DNA of 64,000 nucleotides from an uncultured Pseudomonadales bacterium. GTDB taxonomy: Bacteria; Patescibacteriota; Microgenomatia; UBA1400; MFAQ01. The stretch lies in NCBI GenBank assembly GCA_964528565.1, contig CAZGSP010000039.1:10411-74410 (forward strand), written 5' to 3'. This document shows, in pieces, positions 1 through 10,201 of this stretch. Both the position numbers and the translations under genes were made by a program. Each line of letters begins with the position of its first letter. The stretch's first letter is position 1. The notes beneath the pieces were generated by a model. The model was not told the DNA's origin and made no database searches. It saw nothing but the letters and a program-made list of their open reading frames with translations.

Positions 1-215
1 ACACCGATAAGGCGAACTTTGATTCCACCCTCGATTTCAAAAGTATCTCCGTCAATAATCCGGGTGACTTTTTCGGCAGACCGAGGTAAGATATTTTCAA
101 TAGTTGGTGCCAGGGTTTTTTCGTTGTGCTGGAAATAGAAATAGGCCAGGAAGATATACGAATAGGCAAAGAAGAAGACGGCTGCTATGGAGAAGTAGTG
201 TAGTTTTGGCTTCAT
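1..215 (-). CDS. Thermonuclease (SNase) family protein with N-terminal membrane anchor; partial, runs off the window start
   Basis: Not in the ORF track. Manual translation from the ATG at 215 (TAATG overlap with the upstream stop) gives MKPKLHYFSIAAVFFFAYSYIFLAYFYFQHNEKTLAPTIENILPRSAEKVTRIIDGDTFEIEGGIKVRLIG. VTRIIDGDT...VRLIG is the SNase signature. Confidence 0.88.
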   Translation of the reverse strand, partial: MKPKLHYFSIAAVFFFAYSYIFLAYFYFQHNEKTLAPTIENILPRSAEKVTRIIDGDTFEIEGGIKVRLIG

Positions 216-1717
216 TAATATTTAATTAGCTCGTAATTGTTGTAAGTCCTCAGATACAGTTTGAGCGGATCTATCGTTTGCGGATCATAGCGGGTAAAAT
301 CCTCAAATGAATTTTGAAGGTCGTAAAGAACAAATCGGCCGGCAGAATAAATAAAATTATCGGGGCAACGGGGAGGTGTCTTCTCGTCTGTGTCACCGTT
401 ATCACACAAACCGAGTCGATAGCCATCCGGAGCCGTCAGACCGGCTCTGGTAAGTAAGTATTGTAAAGAATAGGCATTCTCGTACGAGTTCGCAAAAACG
501 TATAAGGTGACCGGCGGATTAAGTTCTTTTTTGACAAAAGTTAAGAGTCTAATGGTTTCTCCGGAATTGGATTTGTTTCCGATAAGCGGCAAATATGAGA
601 AAAGCCCAAACAATAGAATAAGGATCACGGCTACAAACGTCAGAAGCCGATTTTTCTTTTCCACCAGTAGGGCAACAGTTAAAGAAAAAATATAAATGAT
701 GAAGAATTGGGTGAAAATTAAATATTCCGGAGATCTGGGTCCGCGATAATTACGGATGGAAAAAATTTCGAGGAGAAAAATTGCCAAGGCGAATAAAGAA
801 ATTTTGTCGATGTTCTTCTTATACAAGTGATAAACAATAACGAGAAAAGCGATAACCACTACGAAAATTCCTGTCTTTGGAATACTCCACAGAACCCCTC
901 CGAAACGCTCCGGCCAGAAGACGGTGATGTCGGTAAGCCAGCGAACCGGAGTGTAGAAACGGTACTGGCCAAAGGTGGCGTAATCAATGATGCTTTTAGT
1001 CCAGGCCAGATTATGTTGGATCTCAAAAACGATCATCGGCAACATACCAAGAACGAATCCGGATAGAGCAAGCAAGACTGATTTTATTTTCGAAAGATAT
1101 TTCTTTTTTTTGTTAAGGAAAAAGGGGCTAATAAGAAGAAAGAGTAACGGGACCGACTGAAGATGAGACTGGAAAGCCATCGAGATGGCGAAGCCCGCCA
1201 GTAGAAGATATGGATATTTCTGTGTTTTCAGGTACGACGAGACTCCAAAAAAACTAAGAAAAACGGCAAAAGAAACTAGGGATGTGTTCAGTAAATTGGT
1301 ACTATTAACAATCTCACCAAAAGAAGCTGCGGTGACAAAGGCCAGTATGATACCAAATCTCGAGTTGCGGGTGAAGGTGCCGATTTTGAAAGCGAGAAAA
1401 ACTGATAGTACAGAAAGGATGGTAAAACCAATCCATGGAGAATAAATGGAGGGAAGAAGTTGGGTGAATAGAATAATTACATAATAGTAAAGCGGGCCAA
1501 AATTGAATCCCCAGCTGGAAGATGGCGGCCCCAATAAAGGTAATGTATGGAGCCTGATCGCCTCCAGCCCGATGAGGGCATCTCTTCCCTGGTCTACGCT
1601 GAAGTTCAAACGATCAAAATAATGCCAAAACCTAAAAATAATCCCGATCATTAATATCAGAAATATCAAAACCGATCCTTTATTGGCCGAAATGAACCGA
1701 CTGATTCTCTTGATCAT
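215..1717 (-). CDS. GT-C membrane glycosyltransferase (ArnT/PMT-like, DQGRD subfamily)
   Basis: 500 aa multi-TM protein. First loop has DQGRD...LLGPPSS...GPLYYY; soluble C-terminal domain. Confidence 0.78.
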   Translation of the reverse strand: MIKRISRFISANKGSVLIFLILMIGIIFRFWHYFDRLNFSVDQGRDALIGLEAIRLHTLPLLGPPSSSWGFNFGPLYYYVIILFTQLLPSIYSPWIGFTILSVLSVFLAFKIGTFTRNSRFGIILAFVTAASFGEIVNSTNLLNTSLVSFAVFLSFFGVSSYLKTQKYPYLLLAGFAISMAFQSHLQSVPLLFLLISPFFLNKKKKYLSKIKSVLLALSGFVLGMLPMIVFEIQHNLAWTKSIIDYATFGQYRFYTPVRWLTDITVFWPERFGGVLWSIPKTGIFVVVIAFLVIVYHLYKKNIDKISLFALAIFLLEIFSIRNYRGPRSPEYLIFTQFFIIYIFSLTVALLVEKKNRLLTFVAVILILLFGLFSYLPLIGNKSNSGETIRLLTFVKKELNPPVTLYVFANSYENAYSLQYLLTRAGLTAPDGYRLGLCDNGDTDEKTPPRCPDNFIYSAGRFVLYDLQNSFEDFTRYDPQTIDPLKLYLRTYNNYELIKY

Positions 1718-2671
1718 TTATTCCTGCTCTGTGAAGCCATATTTCTTAAGGAGAGACTCTGTCTCTTTCCGGTGTTTATCGGTATAAATAAGACTGAAAT
1801 ATTTGGAATAAATCAGAAAATGATAGAAGGTATAAACAATCGAGACAATAAATCCATGAGTCCCTTCTTTATAAAATTTCCAGACAAAATACTTGTATAG
1901 GAATTCTTTCTTGGGAAGAAAGATCATTTTGAGAACAAGGATGGGTTTTGAGATGGAGGGATCTTTCTCGAAGAGAATTTTGGCTTCGCGGGTAGAATAA
2001 TGGTCGATTTTGCGGACAAAGTCAGAGATCGTAGGGTGAGATAGGTGAACCAAATGACCCCTAAGGGTTACGATCCCTTTCATTTTGTTCAAATACCAAG
2101 TCCTAAGCAAGGGTACCTTTAAGACCAATCTGCTCAACCGGTTTGGACTTTGCAAACTATTTGATTGGATTCCAAACCCTTCTGCGGTCCGGGCAGTTTG
2201 ATATGAGAAAGAACCCTTTCGAAATAGCCGGACAAAGGGTTTATTTTTTTGATCACTTTTATCAAAAATCTTTCCGAATTCGTAGTTTAGGAAACCTGTT
2301 TGGTAAATATCGGCTTTTTTGGGATATGTTCCGGAGACTATTGATATTATTTCTTTTTGAAGAGTCTCATCCATACGTTCATCGGCATCCAGTATTAAAA
2401 CCCAGTCATTTTTTGCTTCATTTGCGCCCCAATTTTTGTTATTAAAAACAATGCCTTTTGATTCCCCTTTATCCAGAAGCACTTTACATCCATGCTTCTC
2501 GGCTATGTCCGCGCTATTATCCACAGTACGCGAGTCGACGACGATAATTATTTCATCGGTAAAGTTCTCGATATGAGCGAGAAAGGATGGCAGGAGCTTC
2601 TCTTCGTTTAAGATAGCGGTGACGACAGAAAGGGGTGGGTTGGATGTATTAGACATGTGGTTATTTCGCAA
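1718..2671 (-). CDS. GT2 glycosyltransferase (WaaE/KdtX/LgtF-like)
   Basis: LSVVTAILNEE, DWVLILDADER, KIDHYSTREA and EGTHGF motifs. The start may be 2656 (MSNT). Confidence 0.85.
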   Translation of the reverse strand: MRNNHMSNTSNPPLSVVTAILNEEKLLPSFLAHIENFTDEIIIVVDSRTVDNSADIAEKHGCKVLLDKGESKGIVFNNKNWGANEAKNDWVLILDADERMDETLQKEIISIVSGTYPKKADIYQTGFLNYEFGKIFDKSDQKNKPFVRLFRKGSFSYQTARTAEGFGIQSNSLQSPNRLSRLVLKVPLLRTWYLNKMKGIVTLRGHLVHLSHPTISDFVRKIDHYSTREAKILFEKDPSISKPILVLKMIFLPKKEFLYKYFVWKFYKEGTHGFIVSIVYTFYHFLIYSKYFSLIYTDKHRKETESLLKKYGFTEQE

Positions 2672-4406
2672 ACAGATAATTAAACTGAACAGTGTTTGAC
2701 GGAGCCCTGTCTAATGGTACTACCTTAATCGGACCAGACTTCGTAAGATCCGGGCTCGTTCTAAAGATTATTTTATCATCGGACCAATAGATCATATATT
2801 CTCCCTGCTCGATATCCCCAATATATAGTTTACCTACAAACGGAATATTGCGGAAGTTCTTACCGTAAATAACTACATCGGTCCAGGCTTCGCTCGTTAC
2901 GTCGGGAGAAACGGTAAGAATCTTGGGGAGCGTTTCGAATTCGATGGACTTGGAAACGATTTTCCCCGAAAGCAGATTGAAGGCCAAAATGGTCAGCATG
3001 AAGGCATAAATGGTTTTCTGGGTGACCTTTTTGAATACCCCAAAAGAGAAAAGGAGAAAAATAAGTTCGGGGATTAGCAAAGTGAGTAAATATTTCTGTG
3101 TGTAAGTATCCGGATAAAAAACCATAAACTTGGGCAGAACCCGATAGATATCCAATACAGGTAATAGAACAAATAAGTAAATAACCAAAATGGTTAACAA
3201 AACTACCAAGAGGGACACAATAAAAAATGAAAATATCTCCTTAACCAATCGAAGAATGGTCCTGAGCCAAAAGATAAGATCCTTTTCTTGTTTCGGATGA
3301 TTACGAATAATGGCCTCTAAGGAAAGCTTGTTTAAAGTGTTTAGATAAAAATTACTGAATTTTTTAGCATACACAGGAAGATCCCTAACCCAGTAGTTCT
3401 GAGCGACTTGGAACCGGTGGAAATTACTGAAGAAAGATTCCAGGCTGAAGGTAGCCGCGGGCCGGTATTTGGCCTCGTAAACTTGCTGTACTACGGTGAT
3501 GCAGAGAAAGAGATAGGCCCAAACGGCCGTTTTTTCGGCATGGGCTTGGTAACCAAAAATAAGCATTACAGGGGTTAAAACAAGGAAACCAAGAGCAAAG
3601 ACGGCGGCAACTCTGGACTCGAAGCGAAATCGCCGAACCACGAGAGCCCAAAAGAAAAGGAGGGAAAGAAAAAGAAAGTCGTAGCTTTTGGTCAGCCAAA
3701 AGACATCGTAAAGGGAAAAGGACAAGGCAATAAGAGTCAGATATTGATAGCTCAAGCCCTTTGTAAGCAAGAAGACAAAATAGAGAAGAAGGGGAAGAAA
3801 GAAAAAGAAAGTATTTAGAAGGATTTCCGGGTCACCGAAGAGATTGAAGAGTTTGTTGGTGATGAAGTAAATAAGTAACCTTCTATCGGAGAGTAGTTCG
3901 GCTTTGGGGAAAGAGGATTTGGCTGTAAATACCGGTGGTGTTTGATAATCCAGAAAAATGCCACTGCCGGTAGCCCCTCTAAGCGACTCCAACTGAAACT
4001 CGTAGTTCTTGCTGTCCGAGTTACTAATAACAGGAAAACCAAAGGGAAAGTGTTTATTGGGAAGAAATTGATCAGTCTCGTATTTGGCTTCGTAATACCA
4101 CCGATCTTGACCTTGTTCTTTGAGGCGGAACACCAAAGTGTCTTTGCTATCCCGATTCTGATTATTGAAACGAAGGGAGATAATGCCTAAATTGGTGTAT
4201 TTTGAGCGGAAAGTGCCCCAGACTTTATCCCCCTTTAGTAGTTCGCCGGACCTGCTAGCGACCATTTCATCCAGTGTACGCACATCCAGATTGGTGGCTC
4301 CGTATTCACCGGCCTGGAGATAGTTTAGCAAGCTAAATGCACCGATAACAAAAAGAAACAGAGGAAATATATACCATGTCAGGATAAATCTAATCTTTTG
4401 TTTCAC
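2661..4406 (-). CDS. Multi-pass membrane protein with N-terminal soluble domain and C-terminal IPT/TIG-like Ig domain
   Basis: C-terminus PKILTVSP...VVIYGKNF...WSDDKIIF..P...SGPIKVV...SN...FNY resembles IPT/TIG. Start moved from 4481 to the in-frame GTG at 4406, which has TATAAT 6 nt upstream and avoids overlapping the previous gene. Confidence 0.65.
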   Translation of the reverse strand: MKQKIRFILTWYIFPLFLFVIGAFSLLNYLQAGEYGATNLDVRTLDEMVASRSGELLKGDKVWGTFRSKYTNLGIISLRFNNQNRDSKDTLVFRLKEQGQDRWYYEAKYETDQFLPNKHFPFGFPVISNSDSKNYEFQLESLRGATGSGIFLDYQTPPVFTAKSSFPKAELLSDRRLLIYFITNKLFNLFGDPEILLNTFFFFLPLLLYFVFLLTKGLSYQYLTLIALSFSLYDVFWLTKSYDFLFLSLLFFWALVVRRFRFESRVAAVFALGFLVLTPVMLIFGYQAHAEKTAVWAYLFLCITVVQQVYEAKYRPAATFSLESFFSNFHRFQVAQNYWVRDLPVYAKKFSNFYLNTLNKLSLEAIIRNHPKQEKDLIFWLRTILRLVKEIFSFFIVSLLVVLLTILVIYLFVLLPVLDIYRVLPKFMVFYPDTYTQKYLLTLLIPELIFLLFSFGVFKKVTQKTIYAFMLTILAFNLLSGKIVSKSIEFETLPKILTVSPDVTSEAWTDVVIYGKNFRNIPFVGKLYIGDIEQGEYMIYWSDDKIIFRTSPDLTKSGPIKVVPLDRAPSNTVQFNYLFAK

Positions 4407-4431
4407 AAAGCTATTATATAGATATAAATAT

Positions 4432-5223
4432 CTAGGAAAGAAAATGAAAGACACTATTGAGAGTTTTTGCCAGACCTCCACGGTGTTTTCGTATATAAAC
4501 GTTCAGTCCCTGCCGGTAGTTTAGGTTTTTTTGCCTGGTGTCTTGGTCGGAACTGGCTCCTCCAAAGTGAGTTATCTTCATATTCGGATTGTACAAGACC
4601 TTTATTCCGGCCTTTTTTAGTCTATAAGAGAAATCGAGATCTTCAAAATACATAAAAAAGTTTTTTTCATCCAGGAGACCCACCCGTTGAAGAACAGAGT
4701 CGTGGATCATCATGGCCGCACCGGTAAGCAATTCAACTTCCGTTGTCTTGCGGACTTCGGAACATTTCAGGAAACGTGGTCTGGCGAAAAGAAAGTTTAT
4801 CGGGTTGCGAAAAAGTGAATCAAAATAACCTACATTGTTCTGGGTTTTTCCGTCAGGCTGTATGAGTTTTGGGGCGGAGACAAGATATTTACTCTTCTTG
4901 GTTTCGGATAATAGTGCCAAAACATCTTCCGTGTTCACCAAAGTATCGCTATTTAGAAGAAACAACCACTCTCCGGAGGCCCTTGAGAGACCATAGTTAT
5001 TTCCGCCGGAAAATCCAAGATTTTTCCCGGTGAAATAATAGTGAACGTCGTTCCTTTTTGGCAATCTTTTGCTTAGAGTCTCAATCGGACTATTGTCCAC
5101 CAGGATTATTTCTACACCCGCGTGTGTCTTAAGTTGCCGCAAAAGGTTAAGGATCAGATCGTCGGTACAGTAATTGATGATGATGATACTTAAATCAAGT
5201 TCTTTTACTTTTCGATCTGCCAT
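4432..5223 (-). CDS. GT2 glycosyltransferase (WbbL/rhamnosyltransferase-like)
   Basis: LSIIIINY, VDNS, NLGFSGGNN, LLNSDT, GAAMMI, FFMYFEDLDFS and HFGGAS motifs. Confidence 0.9.
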   Translation of the reverse strand: MADRKVKELDLSIIIINYCTDDLILNLLRQLKTHAGVEIILVDNSPIETLSKRLPKRNDVHYYFTGKNLGFSGGNNYGLSRASGEWLFLLNSDTLVNTEDVLALLSETKKSKYLVSAPKLIQPDGKTQNNVGYFDSLFRNPINFLFARPRFLKCSEVRKTTEVELLTGAAMMIHDSVLQRVGLLDEKNFFMYFEDLDFSYRLKKAGIKVLYNPNMKITHFGGASSDQDTRQKNLNYRQGLNVYIRKHRGGLAKTLNSVFHFLS

Positions 5224-5284
5224 ACAAGTTCATTGATAATAATAACGAGCTTTTCCGTTTCACGGTTTAATTATTCCACATTAT

Positions 5285-6778
5285 TTATATCCCCCAGGAG
5301 TAAATGCTGATACCCCAATGATCGTCTTCGTTATACGGCAGATCCTGAACCATGAATTCAAATTTTAAATTTTTTCGGATGTGATCTTTCAAGTCCTCCG
5401 GGGTTTGGCTCTGCCAGTCTTCGACGATTACAATCCCTGAGGGAAATGATCTTCTCTCAACTTCAAATTCCGGGATAGTACCGATCATTTTTTCACCGAA
5501 AACCGAGCCGGTCTTTCCTGCACCGCCTTTGATTAGATAAATATATTTTTGCCCCGGAAGATACCAAGGCACCCTGTCATTCCAGGCATCCATGACGATA
5601 ATATCTTGATTGTCTCCAATCAAGTCTTTGATCTTGTTAAAAGCGAACTTGTAATCCACGATGGGGTTTTCTCGAACATCTGCGTTGATTGAATAATAGT
5701 TTTTGGGCCAGGAGACAAATTTACCCGTAAGGCTTAAAAGTGCGAGGATTAAGGCCATAAGCATCCATCTTAGATATTCTTTTTTGGTAATTTTTTCGAC
5801 AACCGATACAACCCCCTCGGCAAAGAGAAAGTACATGAGGGGAAAAGCCGGAAGAGAATAGCGGATGTAATTTGGGTTAATTTTGAAGATGGCGATGGCG
5901 AATATGAAGACTATTGATCCACCCAGTAGCACAGACAGCTCTCTATTTCGTCTGAATAGGGTAAAAAAACCAATAATTGATCCAATGAACAGCCAAAGAT
6001 AGTTATGGGTGAGAAAAATGCGATAGTGGAGTGGGGAAAAATATATTTTGAAAATAATATCCAGGACAAAAGCCCAGCCCCCGGCCATGGAGCCATAAAC
6101 AAACAATGCGCCGATAATACCAAAAACGGGAATCGTTAAAAGATAAATAAATTTTTGGTGTTTAATAATTTTGTAGACGATTACTAAACAGACGAGTGCA
6201 AGGTTCAATAGACCTGTGCCGTGAAAAAGACATGATGTCAGGGATAGAATAACCGAAATTGCAAGATTTTTATTAAATAATTTCCAGGGGGATTTTATAT
6301 ATTGATATAAAAAGTAAGAAATCAGTAGAGTGAAAAGTTCGAGCCAGATATAGGGCCTTAGTTGAGTGGACCAGGCTAACTGAATTTGTGAGAATCCAAT
6401 TAAGAATGAGACCATCAGAGCTTTTCTGGAATTTAATATTTTTTTGCCAATTACAAATCCAGCAGTGACCAGTATGGCTCCGGCAAAGGCAGAGGGTAGT
6501 CTCCCGGTGAATTCAGAAATCGAAAATAACTTAAAAAACAAGGCGGTAAGGTAATACAGGGCTAGCTGATATACACCCATTGAACTTCCATGTGCGGTTA
6601 CGGGTTTGCCGAATTCCAATATCCCCCGAGACATCAGGGCGGTATGGCTTTCATCATTCCAAAAGGAGAGATTGTTTCTAAGAGAAACGATTCTGAAGAT
6701 AAATGAGATCACCAGAACGAAGAGAAAAACCACACCCACCCAGGTAATATTTATCTTATTTTTCTTTGCCGTTTTCAT
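5285..6778 (-). CDS. GT-C membrane glycosyltransferase (PMT/ArnT-like)
   Basis: SFWNDESH acidic loop, EFTGRLPSA and WSTQLRPY motifs; multi-TM. Confidence 0.8.
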   Translation of the reverse strand: MKTAKKNKINITWVGVVFLFVLVISFIFRIVSLRNNLSFWNDESHTALMSRGILEFGKPVTAHGSSMGVYQLALYYLTALFFKLFSISEFTGRLPSAFAGAILVTAGFVIGKKILNSRKALMVSFLIGFSQIQLAWSTQLRPYIWLELFTLLISYFLYQYIKSPWKLFNKNLAISVILSLTSCLFHGTGLLNLALVCLVIVYKIIKHQKFIYLLTIPVFGIIGALFVYGSMAGGWAFVLDIIFKIYFSPLHYRIFLTHNYLWLFIGSIIGFFTLFRRNRELSVLLGGSIVFIFAIAIFKINPNYIRYSLPAFPLMYFLFAEGVVSVVEKITKKEYLRWMLMALILALLSLTGKFVSWPKNYYSINADVRENPIVDYKFAFNKIKDLIGDNQDIIVMDAWNDRVPWYLPGQKYIYLIKGGAGKTGSVFGEKMIGTIPEFEVERRSFPSGIVIVEDWQSQTPEDLKDHIRKNLKFEFMVQDLPYNEDDHWGISIYSWGI

Positions 6779-6806
6779 ATAACTTTCCAGTTTGTTGTTG
6801 TGAACT

Positions 6807-7889
6807 TCAAGATTTTATGGTGCCCGAAAAGATTCCCCCATACCGTAGCTTATATCCGAAATTCTTAAGGGGTTTAATCATAGCTAAAATTTCTTTATCG
6901 GAATAAAAACCAATGATTGGCGGGGTTAAATGATCGAACCAGTTGTGGGTAAGAAGCATAAAGTCCGGCTCCCTTTTTTGTGTCTTGTGGGTTGGATAAC
7001 TATCCTCCATGTCTCGGATATAGCTAGAGTTTTTTAAAATATTGCGGGGAAGTTTGAAGAACAGGTAAGAAGGCAGAGCCAAAAGTTTACTGATTATCAG
7101 GACCACCGGCAAAGGGAGGTGGAGAGTAAAAATCCTCAGAAACATGATGAAATTAACAAGAAGGGACATTAAAAAAGAATTTGGTTTTGTATAGACTGTC
7201 CCTGCGTAAAATCCGCCTTTTTTTATTTTTCTATAGACGATTTCAACCGCCTTTTTTGGATATGGCAAATGCTGAATGACACCAATCAAATATGCAAAGT
7301 CCAAGGATTTATCTTTTAAGAATTCGGTGTAAAGATCCGCCTGAATGATGATGACGTTGTTTTGCTTTTGGCATCTTTTAGCAGCGATATCGACAGCAAA
7401 TGAGAGATCACTCCCAATCATCAAACCACCCTTTCCAACCGCTTTCGATGCATTGAGAAGATCTCTTCCGTTTCCTACGGCAGGATCCCAGCCTGTCTTT
7501 CCTTGAAAAAATTCAGAATCTTTACCGACAATTTCGAGAAAATGATTTTCGGCAAAATCGGGTAACTTCTTCCAAATATGCCATTCATAGCCAAACTGTT
7601 GTTGAGTTTTTGATTTTTGCCGTTCAATCTTACTTTTCTCTTTTTTATCGGCAATTTTTTGAAAATAATTATTTAGGAGGTTGATATTGGAGACATAATC
7701 GTAATAAAAGGAATAGCAATTCTTGAGCAAATCCCCTCTTAGAAGTCTGGGGATTCCTTTGATGATCGGGAAACGGCTTTTACATCTAACGCACTCAATT
7801 AACCCGTAGTCATCCTTGTGTTTTGTTATCTTCAAGTCTCCGCCACAATTGATACAAATAATATGATTTTCTATAGCGGTGATGTTCAT
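6807..7889 (-). CDS. Class I SAM-dependent methyltransferase with N-terminal Trm112-like Zn ribbon
   Basis: CINCGG...CVRC..RFPIIKGIPRLL at the N-terminus; FGYEW, DPAVGNGR, SDLS, QADL, IGVIQHLP and KKGG motifs. Confidence 0.8.
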   Translation of the reverse strand: MNITAIENHIICINCGGDLKITKHKDDYGLIECVRCKSRFPIIKGIPRLLRGDLLKNCYSFYYDYVSNINLLNNYFQKIADKKEKSKIERQKSKTQQQFGYEWHIWKKLPDFAENHFLEIVGKDSEFFQGKTGWDPAVGNGRDLLNASKAVGKGGLMIGSDLSFAVDIAAKRCQKQNNVIIIQADLYTEFLKDKSLDFAYLIGVIQHLPYPKKAVEIVYRKIKKGGFYAGTVYTKPNSFLMSLLVNFIMFLRIFTLHLPLPVVLIISKLLALPSYLFFKLPRNILKNSSYIRDMEDSYPTHKTQKREPDFMLLTHNWFDHLTPPIIGFYSDKEILAMIKPLKNFGYKLRYGGIFSGTIKS

Positions 7890-7900
7890 TTGTTTTGTTA

Positions 7901-10201
7901 TTAGCGTGTTTGGCTACGCTTTGTACATAATAAATAGATGAGACTGGAAATAAAAACTGTTCCTGAGACTAGCTCCCCTAAATATAACAGCCGCTGCGGC
8001 CAAAACACAATAATAAGTGAAAAGTTTAGGGATCCATCCGGATTAGTTGTGCACAAAACGCCTTCCCCTAGACAAAGGTCCTTGGGATTTAGAAGCCAGC
8101 CGTTAGCGTAACCGTTCACCACAAAATGATTATCGTCTTCGAGATTCTTTTTGAACCAGGTGTCGTATAACCTACCAATTCCGTTTTTGGTGTTAGGGTA
8201 CAGATACCAATTTTTGTTATAGGTCTCACTAAAGACCACCTGTACCGGACTACTCACTCTCACCAGAGAAATGGTATATTCTGTGGGACTAATTTTTGAG
8301 TAACTAATTTGTGAATTTGCCTGATACGGACTAGCGGAGATCTTATTAATAACAGTTGACTTTGTCTTGTTTTGTTGGGTAAAAATCACGGAAAATGTTT
8401 TATCTCCTTTGATTGAATCGAGGATGTCCGGAAACGCATTAATTTCACGGGTGGTAACGACAGCCTGCCCCGGTAGATAGATATGAGGGAAAAGGCCGGT
8501 CCGCGGTATTTCATATAAATTGAAATAGGTATTCGACTGATTCAGGGATACGACTCCCGCTTCAACCATGTGACGCATTTTACTTTTGGTCGAATTGTAA
8601 AAAACCTCTGCCACATCGTTATGATAAAGTAGATATTTGACATTCAATATTGACGCCAGCTTCACAATCCAATCTCCGGATGATGATGCCTCCGAGTTCC
8701 AATCCTCTCCATAACTCCATATCCCAAACGGAGACGGGTTATTCATTTGGACCACCGGCTTTTCAAACAGTTGAATGGTAGGGTCCGAACCAACCACTTT
8801 CCATTTTGGATAATTTACCCAGCCGACTGAGTTAATTACCGACCATGGCATACTCATAATTTTATAATCCTCTTTCTCCTCTTTTAGTTTATCCGCTAAG
8901 AAAAAATATTCCTGAGGAATTTTGATGACATAGGCGAACCTGCTATCGTGGTATGATTTGTGGTCTTCCAGCCCAACCTTGTAAAGGTAGACATTTCTCG
9001 ATAAAACAACTAAGAAGGGGACGGTGGCGGTAAACAACACAAAATACAACCACCTTTTGGAAATTTTCTTAAAGGAAATCAAGATGGTTCCCAGATAGAA
9101 AAAAGGCAAATAAATTAAAGATTTGTCTATGCTCCGTATGGAATTTAGGATGACGTTGTTGAACAAAAAGAGGGTTTGTTCTTTGGAAACAATTCCCCGT
9201 CCTTTGTTGGCGAGTAAGATAACGAACAGGGCCATTGCCGTTAGGATAAGAATATTGGTTGAATCCTCTTCGTGTTTCTCTTTTTGATTCTTAACTACTT
9301 GGGAAAGAAAAAACAATACCGGAATAACCAGGACACCGGTTAGAACCCAGTTCGAGAAAAGGAGGGTTATGTTGAGCACACTATCAGAAAGAAACAGGGC
9401 ATCTTTCAAGCTTAAGGATTGCCAATAGATCCAGCCGGCAAGGTCAAAGGACATGGTTCCGGCCTTGAACCCCTGAGACATTGAAAACAAGGTCGGTGTT
9501 TGAGGGATAATGCTAACAAAGGTAATCAGAAAAAGACTGAGGTAATAAACAAACATCTTGATCACAAAAATGAGATCCGTACTTATTTGAGAGACATAAT
9601 GGTGCAAGATGATAAAGATGAATAACAGGATATTCAAGGAAACAAAGAAGGGTGCGTTTCCAAAGGCGGTGTTGGCAAAGAACATGACTATGACGAGCTT
9701 GGCCAGATCTCTTGAAAGCAAACGATTGGAAGAAAAATATTGCTTTGTAAACAGAAAAATCACCGGCACAAAAACGTAGATTGAGATATATGGGGCAGGG
9801 GTGAGGGCTCTAATAAAGGTGAATGCGTTTAGGGCGTAGAGGGTTGAAACCGTCACCGACCAAAGAGTGTTTTTCTTTTTAAGGAATTCTCTAGAGAAGA
9901 CAAAAAAAGATATAAATCCACCCATAAATATAAAAATGGGGTTGAACAAAAAGCCATAGTTGTGTCCGGAGGCGGACTCAAAGAGTGAAAGAAGCCAATA
10001 ATAAGGATAATAAGAAAAAAGAGTGCTCATGTTCCCTTCACCAAACGTTTGCCAGAGTTGACCAAGCTGATACAAAATGTAGGGGTAGTTGATTATTGTG
10101 CCAAAATCTCCGCCGGCAAAGACATAACCATGAGGGAGATTCTGTCTGGTGATAGCAATGAACAAAGAAAATATGGGAATTAAACTTAAAAATAAACTCA
10201 T
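7901..10201 (-). CDS. Large GT-C-like membrane protein (AftD/YfhO-like architecture)
   Basis: N-terminal GGDF loop, LYALN, many TM helices, LNVKYLLYHND, FSETYNKNW, VNGYANGW and a C-terminal TM helix. Confidence 0.65.
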   Translation of the reverse strand: MSLFLSLIPIFSLFIAITRQNLPHGYVFAGGDFGTIINYPYILYQLGQLWQTFGEGNMSTLFSYYPYYWLLSLFESASGHNYGFLFNPIFIFMGGFISFFVFSREFLKKKNTLWSVTVSTLYALNAFTFIRALTPAPYISIYVFVPVIFLFTKQYFSSNRLLSRDLAKLVIVMFFANTAFGNAPFFVSLNILLFIFIILHHYVSQISTDLIFVIKMFVYYLSLFLITFVSIIPQTPTLFSMSQGFKAGTMSFDLAGWIYWQSLSLKDALFLSDSVLNITLLFSNWVLTGVLVIPVLFFLSQVVKNQKEKHEEDSTNILILTAMALFVILLANKGRGIVSKEQTLFLFNNVILNSIRSIDKSLIYLPFFYLGTILISFKKISKRWLYFVLFTATVPFLVVLSRNVYLYKVGLEDHKSYHDSRFAYVIKIPQEYFFLADKLKEEKEDYKIMSMPWSVINSVGWVNYPKWKVVGSDPTIQLFEKPVVQMNNPSPFGIWSYGEDWNSEASSSGDWIVKLASILNVKYLLYHNDVAEVFYNSTKSKMRHMVEAGVVSLNQSNTYFNLYEIPRTGLFPHIYLPGQAVVTTREINAFPDILDSIKGDKTFSVIFTQQNKTKSTVINKISASPYQANSQISYSKISPTEYTISLVRVSSPVQVVFSETYNKNWYLYPNTKNGIGRLYDTWFKKNLEDDNHFVVNGYANGWLLNPKDLCLGEGVLCTTNPDGSLNFSLIIVFWPQRLLYLGELVSGTVFISSLIYLLCTKRSQTR

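Noticed and set aside
1101-1112. Homopolymer T/A tracts as phase-variation sites (also near 4662 and 16009)
   Set aside because: They are 8-9 nt A/T runs encoding Lys-rich stretches in intact frames, as expected in AT-rich genes. I saw no long G/C tracts.
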